From Octopus vulgaris (lineage: Eukaryota): 64,000 bases of DNA. The position numbers and the translations under genes were made by a program. Location: positions 71,486,001-71,550,000 of the forward strand of contig OX597822.1 in the NCBI GenBank assembly GCA_951406725.2, in the 5' to 3' direction. Each line of letters starts with the position of its first letter. The stretch's first letter is position 1. Under the pieces are notes generated by a model. That model worked only from the letters and a program-made list of their open reading frames with translations, searched no databases and was not told where the DNA came from. Positions 54,031 to 64,000 of the stretch are shown one piece after another.

Positions 54031-54352
54031 GTAGGCGTAGGAGTGGCTGTGTGGTAAGTAGCTTGCTTACTGACCACATGGTTCTGGGTTCAGCCCCACT
54101 GCATGGCACTTTGGGCAAATATCTTCTATATCGGTTGTCAAGCAACGTTAGGAGGACAAACACAGACACACAAACACACACACATACACACACACATATA
54201 CATATATATGACAGGCTTCTTTCAGTTTCTGTCTACCGAATCCACTCACAAGGTTTTGGCCAGCCCGAGGCTATAGTAGAAGACACTTGCCCAAGGTGCC
54301 TTACAGTGGGACTGAACCCAGAACCATGTGGTTGGTAAGGAAGCTACTTACC
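54031..54352. mobile_element. Two SINE A pieces in opposite orientation
   Basis: Plus-strand head 54031-54128, then minus-strand piece 54130-54352. Confidence 0.85.
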
Positions 54353-54842
54353 TTGGTTTCGCTATGCAGAAACTTTGGCGCTTAAAACCCTAATATATAA
54401 TAGAGGTCTGTCGAACACTTTCCTGGGTCAGGCTGATCTAACATACTGCTGAGAAGGGTTTTGTTACAAGTAGATGAAGTGAGGGAGCAGCCAAGAAACA
54501 GGATATCAGACAGCTTATCACATAATTCATTATAAATAGATGGAAAACAATCTTTTCACTCAGACAGTTTTCATACACAAAAGTATCTTATTTCATATTT
54601 TTTTACTAGTGTCTGCTATGTGACTGTGGCCATGTTGGAGCATTGTCTGCAAAGATTTTAGTTAAGTGTGTTGATCCTGTTACTTGCTCCAGTTTGGTAT
54701 TAATTTAATATTTTATCTCTGTTTGTTAATCTGCTAATTTATGAGGCATAAAATAACAAAAAATAAATATAAGATCAATTATTATACATCCATATACTCA
54801 CATAAACACACACTCACATTCACTTATGTGTGTGTGCATTTA

Positions 54843-54880
<38 letters not shown>

Positions 54881-54956
54881 CCCATGCATGCTAGCATGGA
54901 ACATGGACGTTAAGTGATAATGATGATGATGATGATGATGATGATATATGTGTGTA

Positions 54957-55280
54957 TATATCATCATCATCATCATCGTTTTTAACGTCTGTTTTCCATG
55001 CTAGCATGGGTTGGACGGTTTGACCGTGGTTTGGAGAGCCAGGAGGCTGCACCAGGCTCCAATCTGATCTGGCAACGCTTCTACAGATGGATGCCCTTCC
55101 TAACACCAACCACTCTGAGAGAGTAGTGGGTGCTTTTTACATGCCACTGGTGTAGGAGCCAGTCAGGTGGTCCTGGCATCGACCACATTTGGAGCGTGCT
55201 TTTTACATGCCATCGGTACAGGAGCCAGTCAGGGGGTACTGGTATCAGCCACATTCGGATGGTGCTTTTTAGTGCCATCA
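54957..55280 (-). mobile_element. Family C element
   Basis: (CAT)n and palindromic modules. Confidence 0.85.
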
Positions 55281-55556
55281 AGTACTTCTAGTTTTTCCTC
55301 CAGCATATGATGGAATCTGTTGTCTGTACATCTTCAGTGTATATTACCCCTATGCATCTTCCACACACTAAAACTATCTTCTCGGTTACCCTTCTTTTGA
55401 TATTGCTGGACCTTTTATGAGTCCATAGCTTACACCAGGTACATCGTATGGAGTTTCTACCTATGCCTTTTCTACAAATCAAGCAGGGCCATCTACCTGA
55501 AGAGGTTTGTGATTTGTCAGCCTTCCTACTTACTAAGACTTTGGTTTTTTCTAGGT
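55281..55556 (-). mobile_element. RTE-clade LINE ORF2 fragment with Cys-rich insert
   Basis: LEKTKVLVSRK...GRWPCLICRKGIGRNSIRCTWCKLWTHKR...CGRC. Confidence 0.75.
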
Positions 55557-55561
55557 ATATA

Positions 55562-55685
55562 ATCTCTGACGAGGCCTTGAGATATATATAAGTACCACAT
55601 TTTCAACTGCCTATTACCTCAATACATTTGACTAATACAGGCAGAATGAGATGCTTTTATCTATGGGCTGAAACAGCTGTAAGAT
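55562..55685 (+). ncRNA. Type I hammerhead ribozyme motif (canonical core, long stem II)
   Basis: atct CTGACGA ggcc...(ctgcct/aggcag)...ggct GAAA cagctg TA agat. Confidence 0.8.
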
Positions 55686-56010
55686 CCATTTTATGTGTAT
55701 TATTTTTATGGTATTATCTTACTTATTGATGTATATTGTTTTATTTTGTTGGATTTGGATGTTCCTATTTTGTTGGATTTGGATGTTCCTATTTATGTAG
55801 TTAATAAATAATATGTCTTACATTGCCAGATAAGACTGGAGCCTGGTGCAGCCTTCTGGCTTCCCAGATCCCCGGTTGAACCGTCCAATCCATGCTAGCA
55901 TGGAGAACGGACGTTAAACGATGATGATGATGATGATGATGATGATGAATTGGTAATATCTGTAAGTCGATGATTGAAATGAATCTGTTCCTCCATTTTC
56001 TTATTTGTAT

Positions 56011-56064
<54 letters not shown>

Positions 56065-56335
56065 GAAATTGGAGATATTTAATGGATATAAATTAATTTA
56101 TTAAAATTTTTAATAAGGCCTACAATTATTTCAATTCACATTGAATAAAAATTACAAACATAAGTTTGCATTTTGAATATCCATTAAATCCTTCCATTTT
56201 CTTACTTAATCATATTTGATATCTATAATATACCTATTTTTATATTGAAATAATATTTCACAACAGTGTAATATATTAAACCGATATAACTTGGATGAAA
56301 CCATCCTCATAAGATGTTTATATATCACCGTAGTG

Positions 56336-56402
<67 letters not shown>

Positions 56403-56779
56403 GTACACATACATGCACACACACACATATATATACATACATACACAAATACATATAGCATCATCACTTAACACCCATTTTCCATGCTGGCATGGGTTGG
56501 ACATTTTGACCAGAGCTGGCAAGCAGGAGAGCTGTACCAGGTTCTGGTCTGATTTGGCTTGGTTTCTATGGTTGGATGCCCTTCCTAATCCCAACAACTT
56601 TAGAGATTGTGCTGGGTGCTTTAAAAAGCATGAGCGCCTTTACAGGATGCTGGTTTGGGTGCTATTATGTGGTACTAGCATGACTTTTCATCATCATAAT
56701 TTAATGTCTGATCTTCATGCTGGCATGTGTTGGATGGTTTGATAGGATTCAGTGAGCAGTGGGACTGCACTATATACAT

Positions 56780-57290
56780 AGGGGGTAAGTAAAAAGAAAC
56801 AAAGAAAATGCACATTAGGTATAAAAGTAACATCTTTTTTAATAAAAACAACGATATATGCATATAAATAAATGATGTGAGTCGGAATTAAGAAGTATAA
56901 AATTCATTTTTATGAGTTATTATAGAAAGTCAAAGTCTTACCGGTTTCACCAGAGCTGACCACTGACTCTGAATCAACACCAATTTCCACATAGTGTTAG
57001 ATCTAATAGTACCTGAGTGAAAAGATTACATACAGGGGAGGTAAGCAGCTCTAAAAGTGATTCAATTAAGGTAGATATGATTACTAGAATATGAATGGTA
57101 TATGGGGATCTATAGGGATTAGTGGGATTATCAGTACTAGTAAGGTTAATAGTGTACTGTATTAAGTTCTGTATTAAGTTGTGTGTTCCTGTTAAGTTGT
57201 GGTTGATATTTATTATTGAAAGTTGCCTCTCTATTTAATCTTTGCTGCACTATTTATACCACATATAGACCTTTTTCTTTGAAACCTTTT
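56780..57290 (-). mobile_element. Penelope-like remnant (GIY-YIG C-terminus plus terminal repeat)
   Basis: Minus strand QRLNRE.. / IIKYQPQLN; hammerhead 3' half GAAA ccgg TA agac at 56935-56948. Confidence 0.55.
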
Positions 57291-57614
57291 TCTATTATGT
57301 GTGTGTGTGTGTGTGTGTGTGTAAGTATATATTTGTTTATTTTCTAATTGGCAAAAAGATTCCATAGTTCTCTTCTTTGACACCTAAAGAGATTGGTAAG
57401 TGCCCTGCATGAAACCCTCTGCCCCTTATTCACGTTTCTAAATGTTTCCCAATTAGAAAATTTAAAAAAAAGTATATACACTCATGCAATAAGTATCTGT
57501 ACATATACATACAAATGTACATACCAGGTTGAACCAAAAATATATGAAAATATATCCCATTGTACTCTATTGTCCGTTGCCATTGTTGTGCCAGGAGCTT
57601 GTTTTACACAAATA

Positions 57615-57848
57615 CCTGTTTCTTTACTACCCACAAGGAGCTAAACACAGAGAGGAAAAACAAGGACAGACAAAGGGATTAAGTCGATTATATCGACCAC
57701 AGTGCGTAACTGGTACTTATTTAATCGACCCCGAAAGAATGAAAGGCAAAGTCAACCTCAGCAGAATTTGAACTCAGAACGTAGCGGCAGACGAAATACC
57801 GCTAAGCATATCGCCTGGCATGCTAATGTTTCTGCCAGCTCGCCGCCT
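57615..57848 (-). mobile_element. SINE B, tail type 1
   Basis: Matches 9538-9756. Confidence 0.92.
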
Positions 57849-57864
57849 TTTACACATATACCAT

Positions 57865-58330
57865 TTGCCTGCTTTAGAGGCAAAAATCTAAAATCTCCCT
57901 GCACCCATTTTCCAGTGCATCCACACTGTTGAACCACCGTCCATGCAGGAAATGAACCATGGCTCAGAAAAGGTGGTAAGCTGATTGTGCATGGTTTGGA
58001 CTTCAGGCAGAGTGAGGAGCACTTCCGTCCCCTCAAGTTCCTCAACTTTGTGCTTGGTCACATTGGCAGAGTGAGCTGGGGCATTGTCATGCTGTAAGAG
58101 TGTACATCTTTGATTGACCAATGCTGAGTAGCAGACTTTCAAAGCTTGTTTGTACTTGCAGCATATGTTGAACATAGAGGCTAGCATTCATAGCATGACA
58201 TCTAGCACATGCTCAAAATCTAACATCCCTTTGAAATTTCATCAAACACACACAATATGGCCTTCTGTTCAAACAGCCCTTGCTTGACAACATATCCTGA
58301 AGCGTAGATGGAATGAATTCACTAATTTTT
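57865..58330 (-). mobile_element. Mariner fragment
   Basis: LVNQRCTLLQHDNAPAHSANVTKHKVEELEG. Confidence 0.8.
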
Positions 58331-58386
58331 TTTCTTATTAATTAGATCCAGTTTTCATCCCCAATTACAACATGACACCTGAAATG

Positions 58387-59085
58387 TCTACCAAATTCAC
58401 TCACAAGGCTTTGGTCGGCCTGAGGCCAAGTAGAAGACACTTGCCCAAGGTGCCACGCAGTGGAACTGAACCTGGAACCATGTGGTTGGTAAGCAAGCTA
58501 CTTACCACATACCCACTCCTACGCCTATACCATATAATGTTGATATTTGATCTCCTTAGACATGAATTCTAGTGACTGTTAGCAGAATTCTAGTGACTTC
58601 TATGGAGATTAAAAAAAATTTTTGTTGTTTTTGTAAAATCTTAGAAAATAATAAAAAATCTCAAGGATTTGTCAGCAGTTGTTTGCAAATATTCACATGT
58701 CATTGAGCCTGGTCATTGAGGATTTGAACTCAAAATATAAAACCTGTAGAAAAATAGGAAACACTGTAGGCATTTTGTTTGATGCTCTAATGATTCTGCC
58801 TGTTCAGCTGCTATGTGGTGTGTGGAATAAAATATGAGTTGACAATTATATTAATTCCTTTTCCATAGAAGTCACTAGAATTCCACCAATAGTCGCTAGA
58901 ATTCACATCTAAGGAGATCAAATATCAACATTATATGGTATAGGCGTAGGAGTGGGTGTGTGGTAAGTAGCTTGCTTACCAGCCACATGGTTCCAGGTTC
59001 AGTTCCACTGTGTGGCACCTTGGGCAAGTGTCTTCTACTATAGCCTCAGACCGACCAAAGCCTTGTGAGTGAATTTGGTAGACAG
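58387..59085. repeat. Local inverted duplication of a SINE A head plus unique flank
   Basis: 58387-58606 is inverted to 58862-59085. Confidence 0.9.
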
Positions 59086-59113
59086 AAACTGAAAGAAGCC
59101 TGTTGTATATATG

Positions 59114-59168
<55 letters not shown>

Positions 59169-59400
59169 ATGTGTGTAAATGTTTGTGTGTCTGTGTTTGT
59201 CCCTCCCAACATCACTTGACAACCGATTCTGGTGTGTTTACATCCCTGTAACTTAGCAGTTTGGCAAAAGACCAATAGAATAAGTACTAGGCTTACAAAG
59301 AATAAGTCCTGGGGTCAATTTGCTCAACTAAAGGCGGTGCTCCAGCATGGCCACAGTCAAATGACTGAAACAGAGTAAAAGAGTAAGAGTAAAGAGAGTA
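58941..59400 (+). mobile_element. SINE A, full length
   Basis: Family similarity. Confidence 0.95.
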
Positions 59401-59909
59401 TATATGGATAAAAGAATTGAGTATGTAGTATTGACAAGGAGAGTATTAATAAATAAAGGAATAAATCTTCAGTTAGATCGGTTAACCTGACATCTAGAAT
59501 TTCAGAGATAGATAACAGTATTTAAGGCAAGCTAATAAGAGGGCCTTTTGACATTTACTAAAATAGCAGGTGAAACTTTCACAAATTACACCTTGCTTAC
59601 TATCTTGAATAAGTAAAAGACACATTAGCTAATGTAATCTCACATATTCCTGGAAAGACATGATGATCATGGCCAGAGCACCTTCCATCATGTGTTTGCT
59701 TGATCAGGGCTATCCTGAGGGGAAATGATTACTGAGACAGACCTTCTAGCAGTAACAATAACTATTTCTATAATATTTCACATAATCTCATATCTGCATA
59801 ACAGACAATAAACTCAATAATATTTTGCCTCGTGTTACACTTATACATTTGTTTCTATTGATTGAAAGGATGAAAGCAAAGTCAACTTAGGTGGAATTTG
59901 AACTCATAA

Positions 59910-60232
59910 TCAGATGGTGCTTTTTACGTGCCACCGGCACGGAGGCCAGTCGGAGGCCAGTGCCGCCCTGACTGGCCTTTGTGCTGGTGGCACGTAAAAA
60001 GCACCATCCGATCATAGCCGTTTTCCAGCCTCGTCTGGCACCTGTGCAGGTGGTACATAAAAAGCACCCACTACTCTCACGGAGTGGTTGGCCTTGTGAA
60101 GGGCATCCAGCTGTAGAAACACTGCCAGATCAGACTGGGCCTGGCGCAGCCTTCTGGCTTCCCAGACCCCAGTTGAACCGTCCAACCCATGCTAGCATGG
60201 AAAACGGACGTTAAACGATGATGATGATGATG
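59910..60232 (+). mobile_element. Family C element
   Basis: Palindromic modules and (GAT)n tail. Confidence 0.85.
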
Positions 60233-60299
60233 ACGAACATGAAGAATATCCGCCGTATTCAAACATTATTAATAGCAAACTATTTTAGTGGTAGTACAT

Positions 60300-60666
60300 G
60301 AGGGTGCAATGGCTCAGTGGTTATGGCAGCAGACTCGTGGTCGTAGGATCATGATTTTGATTCCCAGACTGGTTGTTGTGAGTGTTTATTGAGCGAAATC
60401 ACCAAAAGCTCCACGAGGCTCCGGCAGATGGCAAACCCTGCTGTACTCTTTCATCACAACTTTCTCTCGCTCTTTCATCCTGTTTCTTTTGTACTTGTAT
60501 TTCAAAGGGCCAGCCTTGTCACACTTTGTGTCACACTGAATCTCCCTGAGAACTACATTAAGGGTAGACATGTCTATGGAGTGCTCAGCCACTTGCACGT
60601 TAATTTCACGAGGTGGCTGTTCTGTTTGATCGGGAATCCTTGTCATCGCAACAAACAGAGTGCCAT
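60300..60666 (+). mobile_element. SINE D with alternative tail
   Basis: Head and body match 39693; the 3' part after about 60480 differs. Confidence 0.8.
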
Positions 60667-61167
60667 GCCTAAAAAAAGCAGTAGTACACAGTATTATGTA
60701 AACCACATGTAAAGGCAAGAATGAACACACTAAATTTCTTCAGGTGAACACACTAAATTTCAAGATGAGGACAAATATCCATTGAATGTAAATAATGTAC
60801 ATAATTCCTCATCTCTTAAATATAGAATTGAACATAAGAATTTGTTACTTTGAGAACATATGGATATGAAGATGATTTTGAGAAGTGAAGAAAAGAAAAT
60901 GAGGTGCCTATTTTGGTGCATCTGCATGGAAATTGCCAAATAGTATCAATATTTTCACCTTCAGTTTGTGATTACAAACTGAAATCTTTTATTTTTTTGC
61001 TTTTTTAGGAAAATAAGAGAGAAAGAGAAAGAGATAGAGAAAGAGAGAGGGGCAGACAGAGACAGAAGAAAAAAGAAAGAGTAATACTTGGCAAAATGTT
61101 AAAAACTATACACAAGTATTCAAAAAGAATTGTGAATTTTTTTGCATTTTGTAGATTTGTTTTCCCG

Positions 61168-61766
61168 TTTTGTTGTATTTTGAGAGGTTCATTCTGCCAA
61201 CAATAAACACATGCACTGGTTCTATTTCACTTCTTTTATTATTGTAAGTCAATTGGTTAAGCAATTGACCAATCAACTAATCAGGTGATTAATTATTTGG
61301 TCAGTTAATCTGCTGGTTTTGTCAAAGTCCTTTTGTTGCCATTCATAGCCTCCTCAATGACATGCCATCTCCCTAGGTCTGCTTCAGGTCTAGAGCTTGT
61401 CATCAACAAGGTCGTGAATGATAATTATTTCTACTCTAGGCACAAGGCCCTGAAAATTTTGGGGAAGGGGGTTAATCGATTATATCGACACCAGCGCATA
61501 ACTGGTACTTATTTCATTGACCCCAAAAGGACAAAAGGTAAAGTCGATCTTGGCAGAATTTGAATGCAGAATGTAAGGTCGTGAATGGTAATAAAAGGGC
61601 TTTGATAACATAGTGGATTGATTGATTGTCTAAATGACTACTCAGACTATCAATTAGTTAATTGGTTAATCATTTTAACCGATTAACAAATAAAGATAAA
61701 GAAGTGAAATAGAACCTGTGTGAGTGTTTATTATTGGTATAATGACCCTCCCAAGATACAAGAAAA
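61168..61766. mobile_element. Diverged foldback/MITE with a SINE B (61424-61574, minus) inserted
   Basis: Arms 61168-61345 and 61582-61766; TSD aaggtcgtgaatg at 61408-61420 and 61575-61587. Confidence 0.75.
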
Positions 61767-62263
61767 TATGTTTCAACACATGAGTTTGCATCAGAAATCT
61801 TGCAAACCAAATACAAAACCAAAAGTTATTTTTTATGTTTTAAACGGTAGTCTTTCATTTCATATGCAACTAGTGTAGCTAACAAGCAATGCATGGATAT
61901 TAAATCAAAATAACATTTGATAGCATGTTGTGATTTGAGAGAGAATTGTTTGTTATTCTTAACATGTCTATCTATTGTGTAGAAATATCGTTTGTTGAAA
62001 CATACACAAGATAGAAGGTTGTGATTTGAAGAAGATCTTGATTGCTATTCCGAACATATTGTTACTAGGCAGATGTAACACATTGTTACCATTCTTTGGT
62101 TCATACAAATGTGAGGGATTTTGGCTTCAGGATGTTTGTTGATAATTTTGTATTAATATTCTTTTAATTTTGTACTCTTTGATAGATTATCTTGCTGTTG
62201 TTGTTCTTGTGTTTAGTCTAAAGTCTGTCAGAAAATCAAATAGTTTTAAATAGTTTTAAATAA

Positions 62264-62442
62264 TAGGCGTAGGAGTGGCTGTGTGGTAAGTAGCTTGCTT
62301 ACGAACCACATGGTTCCGGGTTCAGTCCCACTGCGTGGCACCTTGGGCAAGTGTCTTTTACTATAGCCTGGGGCAACCAAAGCTTGTGAGTGGATTTGGT
62401 AGACAGAAACTGAAAGAAGCCTGTTGTATATATGTATATATG

Positions 62443-62498
<56 letters not shown>

Positions 62499-62664
62499 TG
62501 TATATGTTTGTGTGTCTGTGTTTGTTTCCCCCAACATCGCTTGACAACCAATGCTGGTGTGTTTACCTCCCCGTAACCTAGCGGTTCAGCAAAAGAGATC
62601 GATCGAATAAGTACTAGCCTTCCAAAGAATAAGTCCTGGGGTCGATTTGCTCGACTAAAGGCGG
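62264..62664 (+). mobile_element. SINE A, 3'-truncated by an 18-bp hairpin
   Basis: Ends aaaggcgg|cctgttcactgacaaaat. Confidence 0.92.
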
Positions 62665-62909
62665 CCTGTTCACTGACAAAATTCCGTGCTACATCTCATT
62701 TTGTCAGTGAACAGGTCGTGGTCTCAAAGCAACGAAAATATTATGACAAATTGAATTAAAATTGTTCATAATGTATGTGGTTTGTTTATATGCCACTGCG
62801 GGATAGTGTCCAGGGAAAGCTCCCTACATGACACCAAATATTAAAGAACACCTGAATGTCACAGTCCAGGCGAGATAACTCACAACGGAATCACCAAGAA
62901 TGGTTACAT

Positions 62910-63253
62910 AAGTTCTTTTACTGGTTTCAGCTGGATGATAAGGCCATGCTGGAGTACTGCATTTCATTATTTTGGGATCACCTTTCTGTACTGTTTTTAG
63001 TTCATTGGACGGAACTGCTCTTCTTTGTGTCTCCCGCTGTGATGTGGGTTCAACTGAGATTTCAGATAGAAATTTTCCCAGGTGCATTTTGAAGGTTTCC
63101 ACATCTACACCTTGTAAATCTCTGTTTGGTAGGATGTTAAACAATTGTGGTCCCCTGAACGCCAAACTGTTGCAATACTGGGTCCTTATCTGAGATGCAG
63201 AAAATGGGATCTTTGGTATTATCCAGTGCTGTCCAGTTTGATGGTTGGAATTC
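62910..63253 (-). mobile_element. CR1-like LINE 3' end sharing its tail with SINE A
   Basis: IRTQYCNSLAFRGPQLFNILP..DLQGVDVETFKMHLGKFLSEISVEP, then gtactccagcatggcc...ctgaaaccagtaaaaga. Confidence 0.85.
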
Positions 63254-63314
63254 TAATTCCAATATACATATATGTATAAATATTTATATTCATATACATA
63301 TACATACTTACATA

Positions 63315-63720
63315 CATCCTCATCATTTAATGTCCGTTGTCCATGCTGGCATGAGTTGGATGGTTTGACTGGGCTGGCATGTTGGAAGGCTGCACCAGAC
63401 TCCAGTCTGATTTGGTATGATTTTCTATGACTGGATGCCCTTCCTAATGCCAACCACTCCAAAAGTGTAATGGGTGTTTTTATGTGCCACTGGCACAGGT
63501 GTCATTTGCATGACACTAGGGTGCTTTTACGTGCCACAGACATGAGTGCTATTTTCGTGTAACTGGTATCAGCCATGACTGCAATTTTTCACACCTTGAT
63601 GGGTCTCCTTCTCAAGCACAACATAACACCAAAGGTCTCGGTCATTGTCTCTGTGAGGCCCAACACTCGAAAGGAACTCAGCCACTTTGGCTCTGTGAGA
63701 CCCAAGGTCCAACACTCGAA
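63315..63720 (-). mobile_element. RTE LINE C-terminus joined to family C 3' UTR
   Basis: DRDLWCYVVLEK, followed on the same strand by family C modules and tail. Confidence 0.75.
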
Positions 63721-63804
63721 ATACATATGTGTGTGTGTGTGTATATATATATATATAGAACAATCACTGGTCTGTTACACATATGTAAATAGAATGAAGT
63801 CTAT

Positions 63805-64000
63805 TTGCTGAAAAGCGTGGGCTGCTAACCCCAAGATTGCAAGTTCAATTCTTGGCAGTGCCTTGAATAAACAACAATAATAATAACAATGATAATATCA
63901 GCAAAAAAATACTCTAGGAATGAGGACCCAGGGTTGGTTTCAGAATTCTACCAGGACACCTAATGAAGGCTGGAGAGTAAATCAGCCGAAACGTTGTGGT
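63805..64000 (+). mobile_element. Family E second copy (runs off the window edge)
   Basis: gcgtgggctgctaacccc...gttcaattc, AAT-rich linker, gacac CTAATGA a ggctg...cagcc GAAA cg TT gtggt. Confidence 0.8.

Overview
AT-rich, microsatellite-saturated eukaryotic non-coding DNA. The SINE, LINE and mariner families look like those of an octopus or other coleoid cephalopod; this is recognition, not a database result. I found no convincing host-gene exon, and nearly all track ORFs are microsatellite or SINE artefacts. The window is a mosaic of: (1) four tRNA-headed SINE families (A: CORE-like, about 20 copies; B: Meta-domain-like; D; E); (2) 3' ends of RTE-type LINEs carrying palindromic modules (family C); (3) remnants of CR1-like, Tx1/L1-like, RTE and possibly R4/Dong-like LINEs; (4) Tc1/mariner and pogo-like elements and Helitrons; (5) many Penelope-like (PLE) remnants. 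The strongest hidden signal is a set of type I hammerhead ribozyme motifs in several unrelated PLE-like families. Four have a fully canonical core (23174-23254 -, 23362-23442 +, 47394-47505 -, 55562-55685 +); others are degenerate or halves. They have palindromic stem III, often a long stem II hairpin, and often lie in inverted repeats. Also notable are a tRNA-Ser-like-headed SINE that carries a hammerhead, a recurring permuted GAAA-N24-26-CUGANGA motif, a (TATC)n-embedded Tx1-like LINE, and SINE tails whose partner LINE 3' ends lie in the same window. Boundaries were read by eye and are approximate.
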